DNA of 64,000 nt, taken from contig NC_043010.1 of NCBI RefSeq assembly GCF_006345805.1, positions 47,430,001-47,494,000 on the forward strand, in the 5' to 3' direction. The notes below the pieces were generated by a model that was not told the origin of the DNA, did not search any database, and was given only the letters and a program-made list of their open reading frames with translations. The DNA is from Octopus sinensis. Taxonomy: Eukaryota. Positions within the stretch are counted from its first letter, which is position 1, and the number at the start of each line of letters is the position of its first letter. Made by a program: the position numbers and the translations under genes. Below, piece after piece: positions 28,384 through 42,240 of this stretch.

Positions 28384-28780
28384 GTGTCACCAGCATGGGT
28401 GTCTTTTAAGTGTCACTGGCATGGGTGCTTTTAAGTGTCACTGGCATGGGTGCTTTTAAGTGTCACTGGCATGGGTGCTTTTAAGTGTCACTGGCATGGG
28501 TGCTTTTAAGTGTCACTGGCATGGGTGCTTTTAAGTGTCACTGGCATGGGTGCTTTTAAGTGTCACTGGCATGGGTGCTTTTAAGTGTCACTGGCATGGG
28601 TGCTTTTAAGTGTCACTGGCATGGGTGCTTTTAAGTGTCACTGGCATGGGTGCTTTTAAGTGTCACTGGCATGGGTGCTTTTAAGTGTCACTGGCATGGG
28701 TGCCTCTCACATGTAACTGGTACAAATGCCTTTTACATGTCACTGACATGGGTCCCTTTCATGTTACTGACACTGGTCAC
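28384..28780. repeat. 25-bp minisatellite, 11 perfect copies (28410-28684) plus degenerate flanks
   Basis: Unit gtgtcactggcatgggtgcttttaa counted directly. Confidence 0.97.
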
Positions 28781-29384
28781 CATAAGCAGACTATGTTAAT
28801 GTAATCAACTAAACCTAGAACGTGATAAATCATTATGATCAATTCAATGACTGAAAACAGTGAAAGAATATAAAAGAAAAGAAAGAGAAGCTGAAAACAG
28901 TTAAAAAAAACCATAAACTTTGGGCAATGTTCAGAACTACTAACGACTGAATTATTAGATATTAATTAATGTAAGCTGAGAGAAGAAGTATTTAGGTCTT
29001 TGACAACATACTGACTTCCTATCCCATTTATGTGAAAGAAACAAAAAAAAATAGTGAGTTAACACTAAACTGAAACTCATCCATACTATTTACTTCTTGG
29101 TAGCCCCAGAACAAAGTCAAAGATAAAATGAAGGATGTGTCTCTACATCATCTAGTAGTTCATGATATAGGCTCTTATCTCAATCTAATGTTGTTTATCT
29201 CCGGGTCATTCTAGCTATGACAATCCCTCATTTTGTATACCAGTGAACACATTATTTAAAGTGTTCTTCCCTTTTTTTAAAGACATTATAATGTAATTTT
29301 AGTGATATGAAGCTTGTTTAACTAGGTACTTTGATGCAAATGTAGCAATCTATTCTTTCTTTCTTTCTTTTTCTTTCTTTTTTC

Positions 29385-29770
29385 TTGTTTCAGTCATTTT
29401 GACTGCGGCCATGCTGGAGCACCGCCTTTAATCGAGCAACTCGACCCCGGGACTTATTCTTTGTATGCCCCAGTACTTTTCTATCGGTCTCTTTTGCCGA
29501 ACCGCTAAGTGACGGGGACATAAACACACCAGTATCGGTTGTCAAGCAATGCTAGGGGGACAAACACAGACACACAACACACACATATACATATATATAT
29601 ACACACATATATACGACAGGCTTCTTTCAGTTTCTGTCTACCAAATCCACTCACAAGGCATTGGTTGGCCCGGGGCTATAGCAGAAGACACTTGCCCAAG
29701 ATGCCACGCAGTGGGACTGAACCCAGAACCATGCGGTTGGTTAGCAAGCTACTTACCACACGGCCACTCC
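29385..29770 (-). mobile_element. Young CORE-type tRNA SINE (family A); older decayed copies near 580, 955, 8570, 13560, 21400, 34711, 36190, 41740, 44570 and 48710
   Basis: Head ggagtggccgtgtggtaag..ggttctgggttcagtccc (A/B boxes), CORE-like cttgggcaagtgtc, internal (TA/CA)n. Confidence 0.9.
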
Positions 29771-30276
29771 TGCAACTCATTTAAAACTTCCAGTAGCTAT
29801 ATATAAATAAAGCCTATACTTACCAAATAAATATGACCCAATAGCATGTAACATGCTTTTACTGATTGTTATATGCACCCTTGTGAATAGATATAGACAC
29901 CCTCTTGGCCTTCCAAACCTTGACCCAACAGAATATCAAGTATGTGAGAGCTGGAGGGATAGAGAGCTGCACTAGCATTCAGTGGTACCTATTTTCAGCT
30001 GAGGAGACAGAAGCAATGTAAAAGCTCAAAGATAATGCACAACTCAGTCAAAGAAGTCAACTCATAACCTTGTGATTGTGAGCCCAACATCCTAACTTGT
30101 AGACCACCTCTCTTCACGCAATATGTAATTGAGAACAAATAACACAAAACATTCTCTAAACAATCAGCCATTAAAATTACTTATACTATATCAAAATCCA
30201 TTCATTAATGTAAACATGTTCCTGAAAGTAAAATTGAGAGATTATAAGGTTCTTCATGAAACTGGATAATTTAGAT

Positions 30277-30840
30277 TAATGGTTCTCAGCTGGAGTCTAT
30301 ATGACCCCTGGGGGGGGGGGGGGGTTCATGCAAGCAAAATAGTAAATTGGGGATTCCCAGTCTTATATTAAGGGTCCTTGAAAGATTTTACTTTTGATAC
30401 ATCATCATCATCATCATCATCATTGTTTAACATCCACTTTCCATGCTAGCATAGGTTGTCGATTTGACTGAGGACTGGCGAACCAGATGGCTGCACCAGG
30501 CTCCAATCTAATCTGGCAGAGTTTCTACAGCTGGATGCCCTTCCTAACGCCAACCACTCCGAGAGTGTAGTGGGTGCTTTTACATGCCACCGGCACGAGG
30601 GCCAATCAGGCGGTACTGGCAATGGCCACGCTCATGTATTGCAAGAAACAGCTAGGCTTCTTTCTTTAATTTTACATAGTTCTGCCCACACAAGTTAATG
30701 TATGAGAAACAAAATAGGAATTTTGAAAGAAATTTCAATAAAACTAGTTGATAAACATTGACTGGCTATGGGGGTCCACCAGAATAAAATAGTAATCAAG
30801 GCGGTCCACAGGTAAAAAAAAAAATGATTGAGAATGACTG
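30277..30840. mobile_element. hAT-Charlie MITE with a nested RTE-tail SINE (about 30400-30630)
   Basis: taatggttctcagc / gattgagaatgactg ends; 7/8 TSD atttagat/gtttagat. Confidence 0.75.
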
Positions 30841-33800
30841 GTTTAGATTAAAATCTAAAAAATATTGTCACAGTCACAAATCAAATCAATTCTGATTGTC
30901 ATCATCATCATCATTTAACATCCATTTTTCCCTGCTTACATAGGTCAGACAGAAATTGCTGAGGCAGATTTCTCATAGCTGGGTGCCCTTCCTGTCACCA
31001 ACCCTCACCTGTATGATGATGATGTTCATCAATAACTATCACATGACAATTGCACGTGCACACACACACATACACACCATACAGCCTATTATCAAGTTTT
31101 ACAAATTTGGGGATGTGAAGTACATTTGAAATCTGATGACTCACTGTACAATTTAGATACATTGCATAAGATATCTGACTTTGATAAAAGATTAATTAAT
31201 GTGTTATGAATGGCTTGTATCATTTCATTTATTTCAGAGAGAAAAAAAATCAATTTTAATAAAAACGTTTTTTGTTTTATGCTCTAGTTTGGGGAATCAG
31301 ACTAGGAATTTCAAATAGTCTGGATTTCTAACAACGTGGCCAGATAAACTAAGGTGAGTATAATGCCTGCCCCAGGATATAATCCAGTACTAATGACGAC
31401 AACAGGGTGTGGATCTACAACTAATAATCAGAGAGAAAAAGAGAGGAGAGAGTTCAACCAGTTGAACTTTGTGACACTTGAGAATTTCTGTTTTACATAT
31501 TGAATATCAAATACTGGTTTTCAGTTTGATTCACAATATCATATTTCAACTAAAGATCATAGCCTGAATGGTATAAAATACCATTCTTGGCCTTCAGGCA
31601 AATAAGTATTCAATTTTTTTTTTTTTTTAACCAGCTGCTGATTCAACACTAAAACAGGATATAATTATGCAGCTGACCTGAATTACAAATATGTCGAGGT
31701 TGCCTTAATCAATATCACACACAGATATTGATAAAATACTACATAACCAAGAGAGGGAGAGAGAAAGGGGAGTGGCTTTGGATGTGATCCATTAATACCA
31801 AGAAGTATTATAGTAGAATGTCATTAAAAACTCTTAGTTTCACAATACAAACTAACATAAAACAGAACTGCAAATAAAATTATTGATGCCTGGATGGCTA
31901 TGTGAGTGGATGGTACTTAAAAGGAAGAAAACAGGCAAAAAGTGAATAGCAAAAGCTACTGAGATAGCATAGGAATCAACTGGAAATATACAGACATAGC
32001 TGTGTGGTTAAAAACTTCAGTTTGCAACTTCAGGGTTCCCAGTTTAGTGCCAGTATATGGCACCATGGTCAATTTTTTCATCAACCAAATTCTGCAGTAT
32101 AAGTGTGGAATTTGACAGATGGAAACTGTGTGTAAGTCCAGTGTATGTGTGTGAGTGAGAGACATTCTTGAATTTAAGATCAAAAGAACAAAAAGTCCAA
32201 AGAGAACCCTCTACAAGGAGTTAAAGATAATTGCAGAGTAAGTAATTTATTACACATACACACACATTAAATATGTATGCATACATTCTTGTGTTTACAT
32301 TTACCATCATCATATAGCATCCATTTTCCATGCTGGCATAGGTTAAATGGTTTGACTGAACCAGGCTCCAGTCTGTTTTGGCTTGGTTTCTACAACTGGG
32401 TGCCCTGCCCAACACCAACCACTCCATAGAGTATACTGGGTGTCTTCCACGTGTGACCAGCAAGGATGCTTTTTATGTGTCACCAGCACAAGAGTCTTGT
32501 ACATGTCATTGGCACAGGTGCTGCAAGTGTAAAAAGCATTGCTGATGTTGTGTCCCTTCAAATCCTGTAGCTTAGTGGCTCAACAATATAGATGAAAAAA
32601 AAAACAGTGTCAACATGTACCTGATTGAAATAAATAGGGGGTGGGGGTCAATATGAACGAGCAAACCCTTGAAGGCAGTTCCCTCAACATGGCTGTAAAC
32701 TAATGACTGAAACCAGTGAAATAAAAGAATAAAAACATTTCAAATCTTGGAGAACAGGACTAAAAATGACATGATCAAACTGCACACACACAGAGGCATA
32801 GTATCTATGACATAACATCTACTTTCTGCTGTTATTGATTTACAGCTAGAGAAGTTAAACATTAGAAGTACAACAGGCAGCAGTAAAACTGAGATGGTTA
32901 TAACAGGATTTTACAGTTAATTAACCCTTCTGTTGACTTGATATATCACTTGATAAATTGGATGACTTAGAGGTTAAGATGCAGGACCACTTGAGTTAAA
33001 GATCATTCTGTCAGTGGTCATTTATAATTACTTTTTTGTAGCTGTTTTATGCTGTGCTTCTATTGATGTGAGTAAGCTAAGATGAGCTGGTTAAGACAGT
33101 TTAATGGAATATAATATTGGATTACTAAGCTTCTCAGTGCTGCGTTTAAACCTTCCACAGCTGTTCCCTTGTGTATTTTAGCACAACAATTACACCAACA
33201 TACTCCACTTCACCTGGCTGTTGAGAAGAGGTACCAGATCTTTGGAGAATGCCACCTGGAATACATCAGCATCCTATTACAAGAGGGACACAGCTCTCAA
33301 CTACTAAATACAACAAAATGCTTTTATAAAGAACTCATAAAGTCAGATTATTAACTTTAGACTTGGTACAGTTAAGTAGATGAGATATTAGCTTTTACAT
33401 GTGAAGTTAGTCCATCACAGATAAAACTCTCAGATAGGTCTGGTAATTGTATGAAGTACAACTAAGTAAACTAAAGCAGAAAAATCAGCATCTTGCCTAA
33501 AGAATATAAGAGATTCCTACAAAGATTTCAAATACAAGAATTAGTAGACCAATATTTTATCTACATTGTCATCATCATCCCCATTTAATGTCTGTTTTAC
33601 ATGTTTCTTATTTCTTTATTGCCCATAAGGGGCTATACATAGAGGGGACAAACAAGGACAGACAAAGGGATTAAGTCGATTACATCGACCCCAGTACGTA
33701 ACTGGTACTTGATTTATCAACCCTGAAAGGATGAAAAGCAAAGTCGACTGCGGTAGAATTTGAACCCCAAACATAACGGCAGATGAAATACCGCTAAGCA

Positions 33801-34303
33801 TTTCACCCGGTGTGCTAACGCTTCTGCCAGCTCACTGCCTTTTTTCCATGTTGGCATGTGTTGGACGGTCTGACAGGCACCAGTAGGGCCAGGAACACAC
33901 CAGATTCCATAATCTGTTCTGGCTTGGTTTCTATAGTTGGATGCTCTTCCCAATGCCAACCACTCCATACAGTATACTGGGTGCTTTTTATGTGGCACCA
34001 TCACAAGTACTTTTTAAGTGGCACCAGCACTCACACCAACACTTTCAACACCTTGGTTTTAGGATCTCACACACACATACAAGAACATCCAATGATGAAT
34101 ACGAGCTTAAACCAAACAAAATGTGGTATAGCATGGAACTCACAAGTAAATATAATTTAAACTGAATGTAGTTAAACTAGAATTAACACTTAACATTTGA
34201 CATATATTATTCAGACCTAATTTAACTATGTTTAATACTTGCTAAAAATAGGAAGAGTAACTTAAATTTTAAATTAATACATCAGCATATATATATATAC
34301 ATA

Positions 34304-34468
34304 AAGTGTGTTAAGAGCATTTATAGAACATGTATCCTAAAGAAACTCAACAAACAATTAAAAAAAATCAATTTTTTAAAAACTTATAACACCTTCTCTT
34401 CTCCATCTTTAATTGTTTGTTTTAAGTTTCTATAGGACACGTGTTCTATAAATGCTCTTAACACACTT
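34304..34468. mobile_element. 165-bp hairpin MITE with about 60-bp inverted arms and TA TSD
   Basis: TA|aagtgtgttaagagcatttatagaaca...tgttctataaatgctcttaacacactt|TA. Confidence 0.8.
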
Positions 34469-36711
34469 TATACTTGTAACATTTTCATATTCGAAAAATA
34501 CTTACTACAGTAAGCTACTAATGTAATATAAAGAATCATTATTAGAAATTGACCTTTGGAACCTCCAACAGTAAAGGATGATTAATATAAAGAATCTTTA
34601 TAAGAAATCGACCTTTGGAACCTCTTAAAATAAAGGATGATATAGAACTCAACCTTTTCTCATATATATATATATATATGAACATAAATGAATATATCAA
34701 CATAGACATAGGAGCACTGTGTGGCACCTTGGGCAAATGCCTTCTACTATAGCCTCGGGCTGACCAAAGCCTTGTGAGTGGATTTGGTAGACAGAAACTG
34801 AAAGAAGCCTGTCATATATATATATACATACATATATGTATATATGTACATGCTTGTGTGCCTGTGTGTCTCCACTCCCTCACCATCACTTGACAACCGA
34901 TGCTGGTGTGTTTACGTCCCCAAAACTTAGCTGTTCAGCAAAAGAAACCAATAGAATAAGTACTAGGCTTACAAAGAATAAGCCCTGGGGTCAATTTGTT
35001 TGACTAAAGGCGGTGCTCCAGCATGGCTGCAGTCAAATGACTGAAACAAATAAAAGAAAAAGTAATGTCATTAACAGAAGGTTAATAATCTACTACAGAA
35101 CAGTCACAGAAAAAGGACAGAGTAACAAAAAAATATATATATGTAAAGCTAAAAGCAACAACTAAAAATACTTCATTGAATTTGTTTGATATCAAAATAC
35201 ATGCTCTCCTGAGGTTTTTGTAGCCAATTTTCTATTTTGAGGTGAAGTACCTTCAATTATATTTCAACCCACTTTCTTCACAAATCTTTTAGATTTTACA
35301 TTTCTTTGCTGCAAAAGTAGACAAGTAATGTCGCCATAGAAAGCCATAAACATTGTGTTGGTAATCCTTAATTTATTACGTGCTTAATTAGAAAACTTAA
35401 CAAAAAAAAACTTCAAAAAGTAAACTGCCATGATTGATAATGCTTTTAAGCAATGCATATATTTGCTCCACTAAACTTGCTCCCATTTCACAGTTCAGTG
35501 TGTTCCCATTTCATAGTTTCAGTAGCTGAAAATATTTGCTCTAAAAATGTACAGCATTATTTTAAATCATGTTAAGGTGGTGAGCTGGGAGAAATTGTTA
35601 GCACGTTGGACAAAATGCTTAGTAGTTTTTCACCCGTCAGAACATTCTGAGTTCAAATTCTACTGAGGTCAACTTTACCTTTCATCCTTTCAGGGTCGAT
35701 AAAATAAGCACCAGTTAATGACTGGGATCAATGTAATTGACTAGTCCCCTCCCTCAAAATTTCAGGCCTTGTGCCTACAGCAGAAAGGAGTATTTTAAAT
35801 CATGTTAAAGTGGCAAAACACACACACAAACACACACAGATGTGAGAAACAAATTTCTATTAAACAACATTTTTACATCACTTGAAAACTGGAACTTGGC
35901 ACTTACTATTTTTAACTACATTTAAACAATTCAACTATTTTTCATCTATGGACCCCTTTGATTACTCTTTTACTCTGGTGGACCCATATCCATTCTATGT
36001 TTAAAAACTAGTTTTATAGAAACTTCTTTCAAAATTCCTATTTTGTTTTTCACACATTAACTTGTGTAGGCTGAGCTATGTAAAATTAGAGTAAGAAGCC
36101 TAGTTGTTTTTTGCAATACATACTAATACATACAACTAAAGTAAAATTTTTCAGGGGACCTTAAAATACTATTGTGGATTCTCAATTTACTATTTTGTTG
36201 TGTGGATATGTATATATCTATGTGTGTGTGTCTTTGTGTCTGTTTGTCCCCCGCCACCGCTTGACAACTGGTGTTGGTGTGTTGTCTGCATACCCATAAC
36301 TTAGCAGTTCAGCTAAGAGACCAATAGAATAAGTATTAGGCTTTAAAAAATAAGTCCTGGGGTCGATTTGTTCAGCTAAAAGCCTTCAAGGTGGTGCCCC
36401 AGCATGACCACTGTCAGATGACTGAAACAAGTAAAATATAAAAGATAAAATTTCTTAATTATCCCTTTAAAATGAAATAGATTAAGAATAAGCCTTTATA
36501 TTAGTTTCTCAATTATTCTGTAATTACACAAATAAAATAATACCTCTTTACTCAATCTGGTAATAAAAAAAGTCTGCTGGTACAACTAGTTAAACTGGTA
36601 AATAATAAACTTTAGTTCGGTCATAACTAGTAATAGTGTACTTTGACAAGCCTTCTCAGATAAGTGAACACTCCTTTCAACATGTCCCATGAGTCAACAA
36701 GGTACACTCAC

Positions 36712-36813
36712 TGGATCTGCTACAAATAGCAGCAAAATCTCGAATTACGCCCAAATATAATGAAGCAAAGAAAGTAGAACACAATAGATAATGTGGTGTG
36801 CGATACATAAGGC
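36712..36813 (-). other. Candidate 102-nt 5'UTR exon of the minus-strand gene
   Basis: Strong acceptor tttttttttcccccttcttacAG|gcc and donor gatcca|GTGAGT; non-repeat sequence retaining 3 CpGs in a CpG-poor region. No expression evidence. Confidence 0.35.
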
Positions 36814-39800
36814 CTGTAAGAAGGGGGAAAAAAAAAAAGAAAATCACAGCTAGAATATGTTTGAACACAGGACGGTTAAATGAGGCCTGACCTGGGGCTA
36901 AACAACGATATTATGCTAAGTTGGAAAAGAGGAGTTAGTGAGGGTAGTTTTATTACCCTAGTCTATGAAAGTTGTGTATCAGATAAAATATTTCATGTAA
37001 AACAATTTCTATGCATCTTTTTCCTTGTAATTCCCTAATTTTAAATTCAAATTTCTAATCCCACCTTATATTACAAAGAAATAATTATCTCCCTTGTCAT
37101 CACTAAGGAAACTCCATGAATCTGTGAGAAAATTAGCCAAAGTTGGGTTGTGAACTCACGTCACAAAAGCATAATCTCTATGGTGCACATTAAGCCTTTC
37201 TTGGAATCAACAAAAGAACCTCTACATAGGAATTTGATTTGCTAGCAATAGCAGCTAAATTTACTTTAAATCATACATCTTTAAAAAAAGACATTGGATA
37301 ATGAAATCCCCGAGACAAGATAGTCATTACTTGAATGCCTTTGATCAGAGCAGATTTGTGCTAAACAGCATCAATATTGCAATATTTGAAAAGAAAATTT
37401 TCTGCAATCATCAATAGTAGCATAAATAAATATAGACAAAGCTCTTTTAAATGAAAGAGTGGGATCATGTCATTTATGCATAATCATAATTTATATGAAA
37501 GCCACACAGTAACTAATTAGTGTTGCTTTGTTTCTGGATAACAAACTTACATTTCAAAGCTTATGAGTGCTTGTGATTTAAAAATTATAAAAATAAAAAA
37601 AACATAAGGACATAAACCAAGTACATATATGGCTCCCTTCAACATACACAAAAACTATAATATTTCTAATAGAAAGGGCTTTCGATGTAGCATTCAAAGA
37701 CATGTTAACCATGGAAAATCTTATAACTGAGTTATAGAGGTACAATTTAAGACTATTTTTATGTAGTGTATCTTTTTTCTTTTTATGGGTCAATCAGATC
37801 TTTAGGTCATGGGTTCAATTTTGAGACCAGACAGTATATTGTGTTCTTGAGCAAGATATTTCATTTCAGATTGTTTCAGTCCACTCGGCTGGGGAAAGGG
37901 TTAACTCTGTGCTGGAGTGGCATCTTGTTCAAGAGAGGTTTTGTACTCCTAATCACTTAAACACTTCATAAACCAGGATCAGCTCCAAACTGATGGGCTT
38001 GTAGGCTCAAGACAGACTTGAACTTTAATCAGAAGAGGAGGGACACTGTTCATTACCTTTTTACAGAGCCTCAAAGACTAATCCAGGAAAAGGAGAAATA
38101 TTTCAATATCTTATCACAGAGATCTAACTGAATGCTTGTAACAGAGCAGACACAGTGTAAGCAACCAAGAATCAAGTTGTGGTGTTTTAACCAGGTAAAG
38201 GATTAAGTTTTTAGCCAAGAAAGGTATAAATAATCTGATGGGCTTTCATCCTAGGGGAAGAATTTAAGTAACCCATCTGAAGAGCTACCTAATTTCACTA
38301 CCTGGGTCTATATATATCTGGCCATGGTGTCACATGAGATCAAACAAAACTAACACAATAATACCAGCAGTCAGACAGGTATTTGAAGTTATCTATACCT
38401 TACAGGGGAACTTGACTAAGAGAAACATTGCTGAGGAAAATTAAAGAAATATTTCAGCAACAAAAATAACTATAGTTTTAAACAAGTCATGAGTAACCTG
38501 CGACCTGCAGGACTTCCTGAATGGCATGCCTAACAAAATATTACCTGGGATATTTTAACTGTGTAATCTGCTTGATCATGAGCCATGTCTCATGTGGCCT
38601 GCTTCCTATAAAGGTTGCCTGTGCCTGGTTCAAACATTGAGTACTCCAACTTTAGATTGAAACTATAAACATGCTAAAACTCCAGAGCAGTAAAAACAAA
38701 CAAGATGATGAAGTTAGAAGTGAGAATAACGATTCCCTTTGATGAGATACAAAATCTGCAGTTTGAATGGTGATAGTTGCTTATTTGATTGATTAAATCC
38801 AGTAAATTATTTGTACTTATTTTTATCACCTTTGGAGAGTGTATATGTTGGGGCTTCAAAGCAAAGATAATAAACACAAACTAAAATAATAACACTGTGT
38901 TCAGACAAGTACCAGACATGTTTCAGGTTTTGTTTACTTATTACTTTGACGTTGTACAAGAAATGAGGTTGATATGTTGAAAGTGCAACGAAGAAAGCTG
39001 TGAGCTATGATCCTCTTATTTATTTCAGTCAGTGTACTTAAGATATCTGAGTTGTTGCCTTCAAAGGTCTTAGTCAATCATATCAAATCCACAGTTTATT
39101 TCAGTCAGTTACTTATTTTAACAAATTTCTATTTGTCAAACTGCTAGAGTTACAAGATGTAAAAGGAAAACAATACAAACAAAGAAATGGACATAGAACT
39201 ACATGAATATGCATACACATGTATGTGAATGTGGAAGCAACTCTTCTCATATCGGCTTGTATATGGAAAACGCCTGTCGCATGAAAAATTACTATGACAG
39301 TCAATGAAGTCGCATCTATGTTGTTGCATGACTTGCTATAAGTAGCAGCCAAATCTCCCATACACCACAGCCCACTATCTAAATAATAATAAATTAAAAA
39401 AATGGGAGGAACACACAAGATAAAGAAGTCTGACAAAAAAGAGGGGTTGGTCTGGCCACAGCTGAAATCCCATTAATGATAGGTCTGCTTGCTCAGGATT
39501 AGAATAAGAAGAAAAGTACTATCATCATCATCATCCTTTAACATCCGTTTTCAATGCTGGCATGGGTTGGACAGTTTGACTGAAAACTGGTAAGCTGGAG
39601 AGCTGCACCAGATTCCAATTTGATTGGGATGATTTCTACAGCTGGATACCTTCCTAATGCCAACCACTCCAAGAGTGTAGTGGGTACTTTTTATGTGCCA
39701 CCAGCATGGGTGCCAATCACGCAGCACCACCATTGGCAAAAAATTGAGAAAGGAAAAAGCAGATCAAGAAAAACATGGGACATATTGAAATCAGATCAGA

Positions 39801-39879
39801 GAATATTGGGTCTTACAGATGAGATGAGAAAGTATAAGGAAGATTGGTAAGATGTACCTGTACAGTAAACAGCCTAGAC

Positions 39880-40230
39880 CAGTGTTTCTCAAACAGGATC
39901 CATATGGCAGCTGAGAGTTCATATAATATTTTGGGGGGTCCATGCAACAAAATAGTAGATTGGGGATTCACAATAGTATTTTAAGGGCCTCTGAAAACAT
40001 TTTGCTTTAGATGCATGTATTGGAATTTATTGCAAGAGATAGCTGGGTTTATTTCTCTAATTTTACATAGTTCAACCTATGCAAGTTAATGTGTGAAAAA
40101 CAAAATAGGAATTTTAAAAAAAAGTTTCCATAAAACAAGTTTTTAAACACAGAATGGTTATACGGTCAACCAGAATAAAACAGCAATCAAAGGGGTCCAT
40201 AAATAAAAAACTTGTTGAGAATCCTTGGTC
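39880..40230. mobile_element. hAT-Charlie MITE, same family as 30277-30840
   Basis: gcctagac|cagtgtttctcaaac start; internal sequence matches the other copies; right end ambiguous. Confidence 0.7.
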
Positions 40231-40737
40231 GAGAAAATAGTTGAGAACTCCTGGACAAACAAACCTTAAAATAATGACACTATTTCCATGACTCTTAGAA
40301 TGACCTAGATATTAAAATTTATGAAGCACACAGCTGCTGAATTACCATTTTGAGAGACAGAATCTCATCCTAGTTTCAGAATAACAATTGTTCTGCTACG
40401 ATTTGCAGTATCATTAACTTGTATCTTAACTATGAAAATGAAACTTCCTTTGAACACTGACGATGTATGGTAATTTTTATGCTCATAAAAATTTATGACT
40501 CAAAGTTAAAAATCTTGGAAAAAAATAAGTAAAATTATGGTCTTTCACTAAATCATCAATGAAAATGAGGTGTGTTAATATTAGATATCAAAAAAAAAAT
40601 AGCTTGAAATAATAGAACACACACACATATATTACATATATTTTTCTTGGTCAGATGGTCATAAATCAGAAAAAAAAGAGCACTCTAAAAGAAATGAAAT
40701 TTTTTTAGCATTTATATAGATTTTTTAATGCATTTGA

Positions 40738-40810
40738 GTAGTACATCCTTAGCTATGGCAATAAACAGTCACTTTCTGATTGGTTATTGCCATAACCAAG
40801 GATATACTAC
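40738..40810 (-). ncRNA. Pre-miRNA-like hairpin (or tiny palindromic MITE)
   Basis: On minus, 27 contiguous pairs including 3 G.U wobbles, then 5 further pairs with two 1x1 mismatches and a GAAAG loop. Confidence 0.35.
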
Positions 40811-41924
40811 ATGAACACATGTGCGTGTGTATGTGCACACGTGTGGGTGCATGTGTTACCTTTCAGCTTTTTCAACCCATTGATGTTTTCTTTATATTTA
40901 CATATTTTTCAGTCCAAGAGTTTGCAAATTTCAAAATTATTAAAATGTGATTTACATTAATGACACTGACACTGCCAATAATGTTTATTAATTATTCTTT
41001 TATTTGTTTCGGTCATTAGACTGCAGCCATACTGGGGCAACACTTTGAGATTAATTACAAAATATTTCATTCAAATATTGATTTCAGATTTTGGCACAAA
41101 GTCAGCAATTCCAGAGGAGGGAAGGGGTAAAACCATTACATCGCCCCCCCCCCCCTTCGTATTCAACTGGCACTTATTTTATCAACCCTAAAACGATGAA
41201 AGGCAAAGTCAACCTCAGCTGAATTTGAACTCAGAAAATAAAGACAAATGAAATGCTGATAATCATTTTGCCCGGCATGCTTAATGATTCTGCCAGTTCA
41301 CTACTTTATTTCATTCAAATATTAAAAATTGCCAAGACTAGGTGTACCTTTACTTCATCAGAGCCAGTTTTCTGCCAGCATGGTATGTATACATGTATAT
41401 GTCTAGGCTCCCATACCTAAATGTAGTGTTCAGAGTTTTCTGTTGGGGAACATAAGATGGGAAGCTTAAAAGTGTGCACATGCATTCAACACACACACAC
41501 ACACACACCTCCCAGTGTATTTGTCCAAGATGGAGACAGGCAAAAATGGTTAGTGTGAATGGCCCTATTCTGAGTATGTGCCTGTAGTTTGGAGAACAGG
41601 AGAGAGAGGGTTCAATAATGGTCAAGATAATCGTGGATCTATGGAGTTCCTTGATTGACCCTGGTTGGAGTTTCTCCTCTATCAGAAGGACTGCATCGTT
41701 AATGTTATCACATCCTTTGTATTCTATTCTTTTATTCTTTTACTTGTTTCAGTAATTTGACTGTGACCATGCTGGAGTACAGCCTTAAAGGGTTTTAGCC
41801 AAAGAAATCAACCCCAGGACTTATTCTTTGTCAGCCTAGTACTTATTCTATCAATGTCTTTTGCCGAACTGCTAAGTTACAGGGACATAAGCACACCAGC
41901 ATTGGTTGTCAAGTGATTGCCAGA

Positions 41925-42240
41925 CTAGGCGTTGTAAGTGTTTATTGAGCAAAAACACGTAAAGCTCCACAAGGCTCTGGCAGGGTGGTGGTGGCAAAAC
42001 CTGCAGTACTCTTTCACCACAACTTTCTCTCACTCTTTCTTCCTGTTTCTCTTGTACCTGTATTTCAAAGGGCCAGCCTTGTCACACTCAGTGCCACACT
42101 GAATCTCCCCGAGAACTATGTTAAGGGTACACGTGTCTGTGGAGTGCTCAGCCATTTGCACGTTAATTTCACAAGCAAGCTGTTCCATTGATTGGATAAC
42201 TGGAACCCTCGTCGTCGTAACTGACGGAGTGCCACGAGTG
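41925..42240 (-). mobile_element. Unclassified SINE-like interspersed repeat
   Basis: GC-richer block (ggcactccgtcagttacgacgacgagggttccag... on minus) inserted into a family-A SINE remnant. Confidence 0.5.

Noticed and set aside
28410-28684. Regular 25-bp repeat array resembling CRISPR
   Set aside because: Units are directly adjacent with no spacers, no cas genes, eukaryotic context; derived from a SINE/LINE tail.
33169-33354. TPLHLAV ankyrin-like motif in a short plus-strand ORF
   Set aside because: Single motif, wrong spacing to the second helix, weak donor, no further repeats or exons; consistent with chance.
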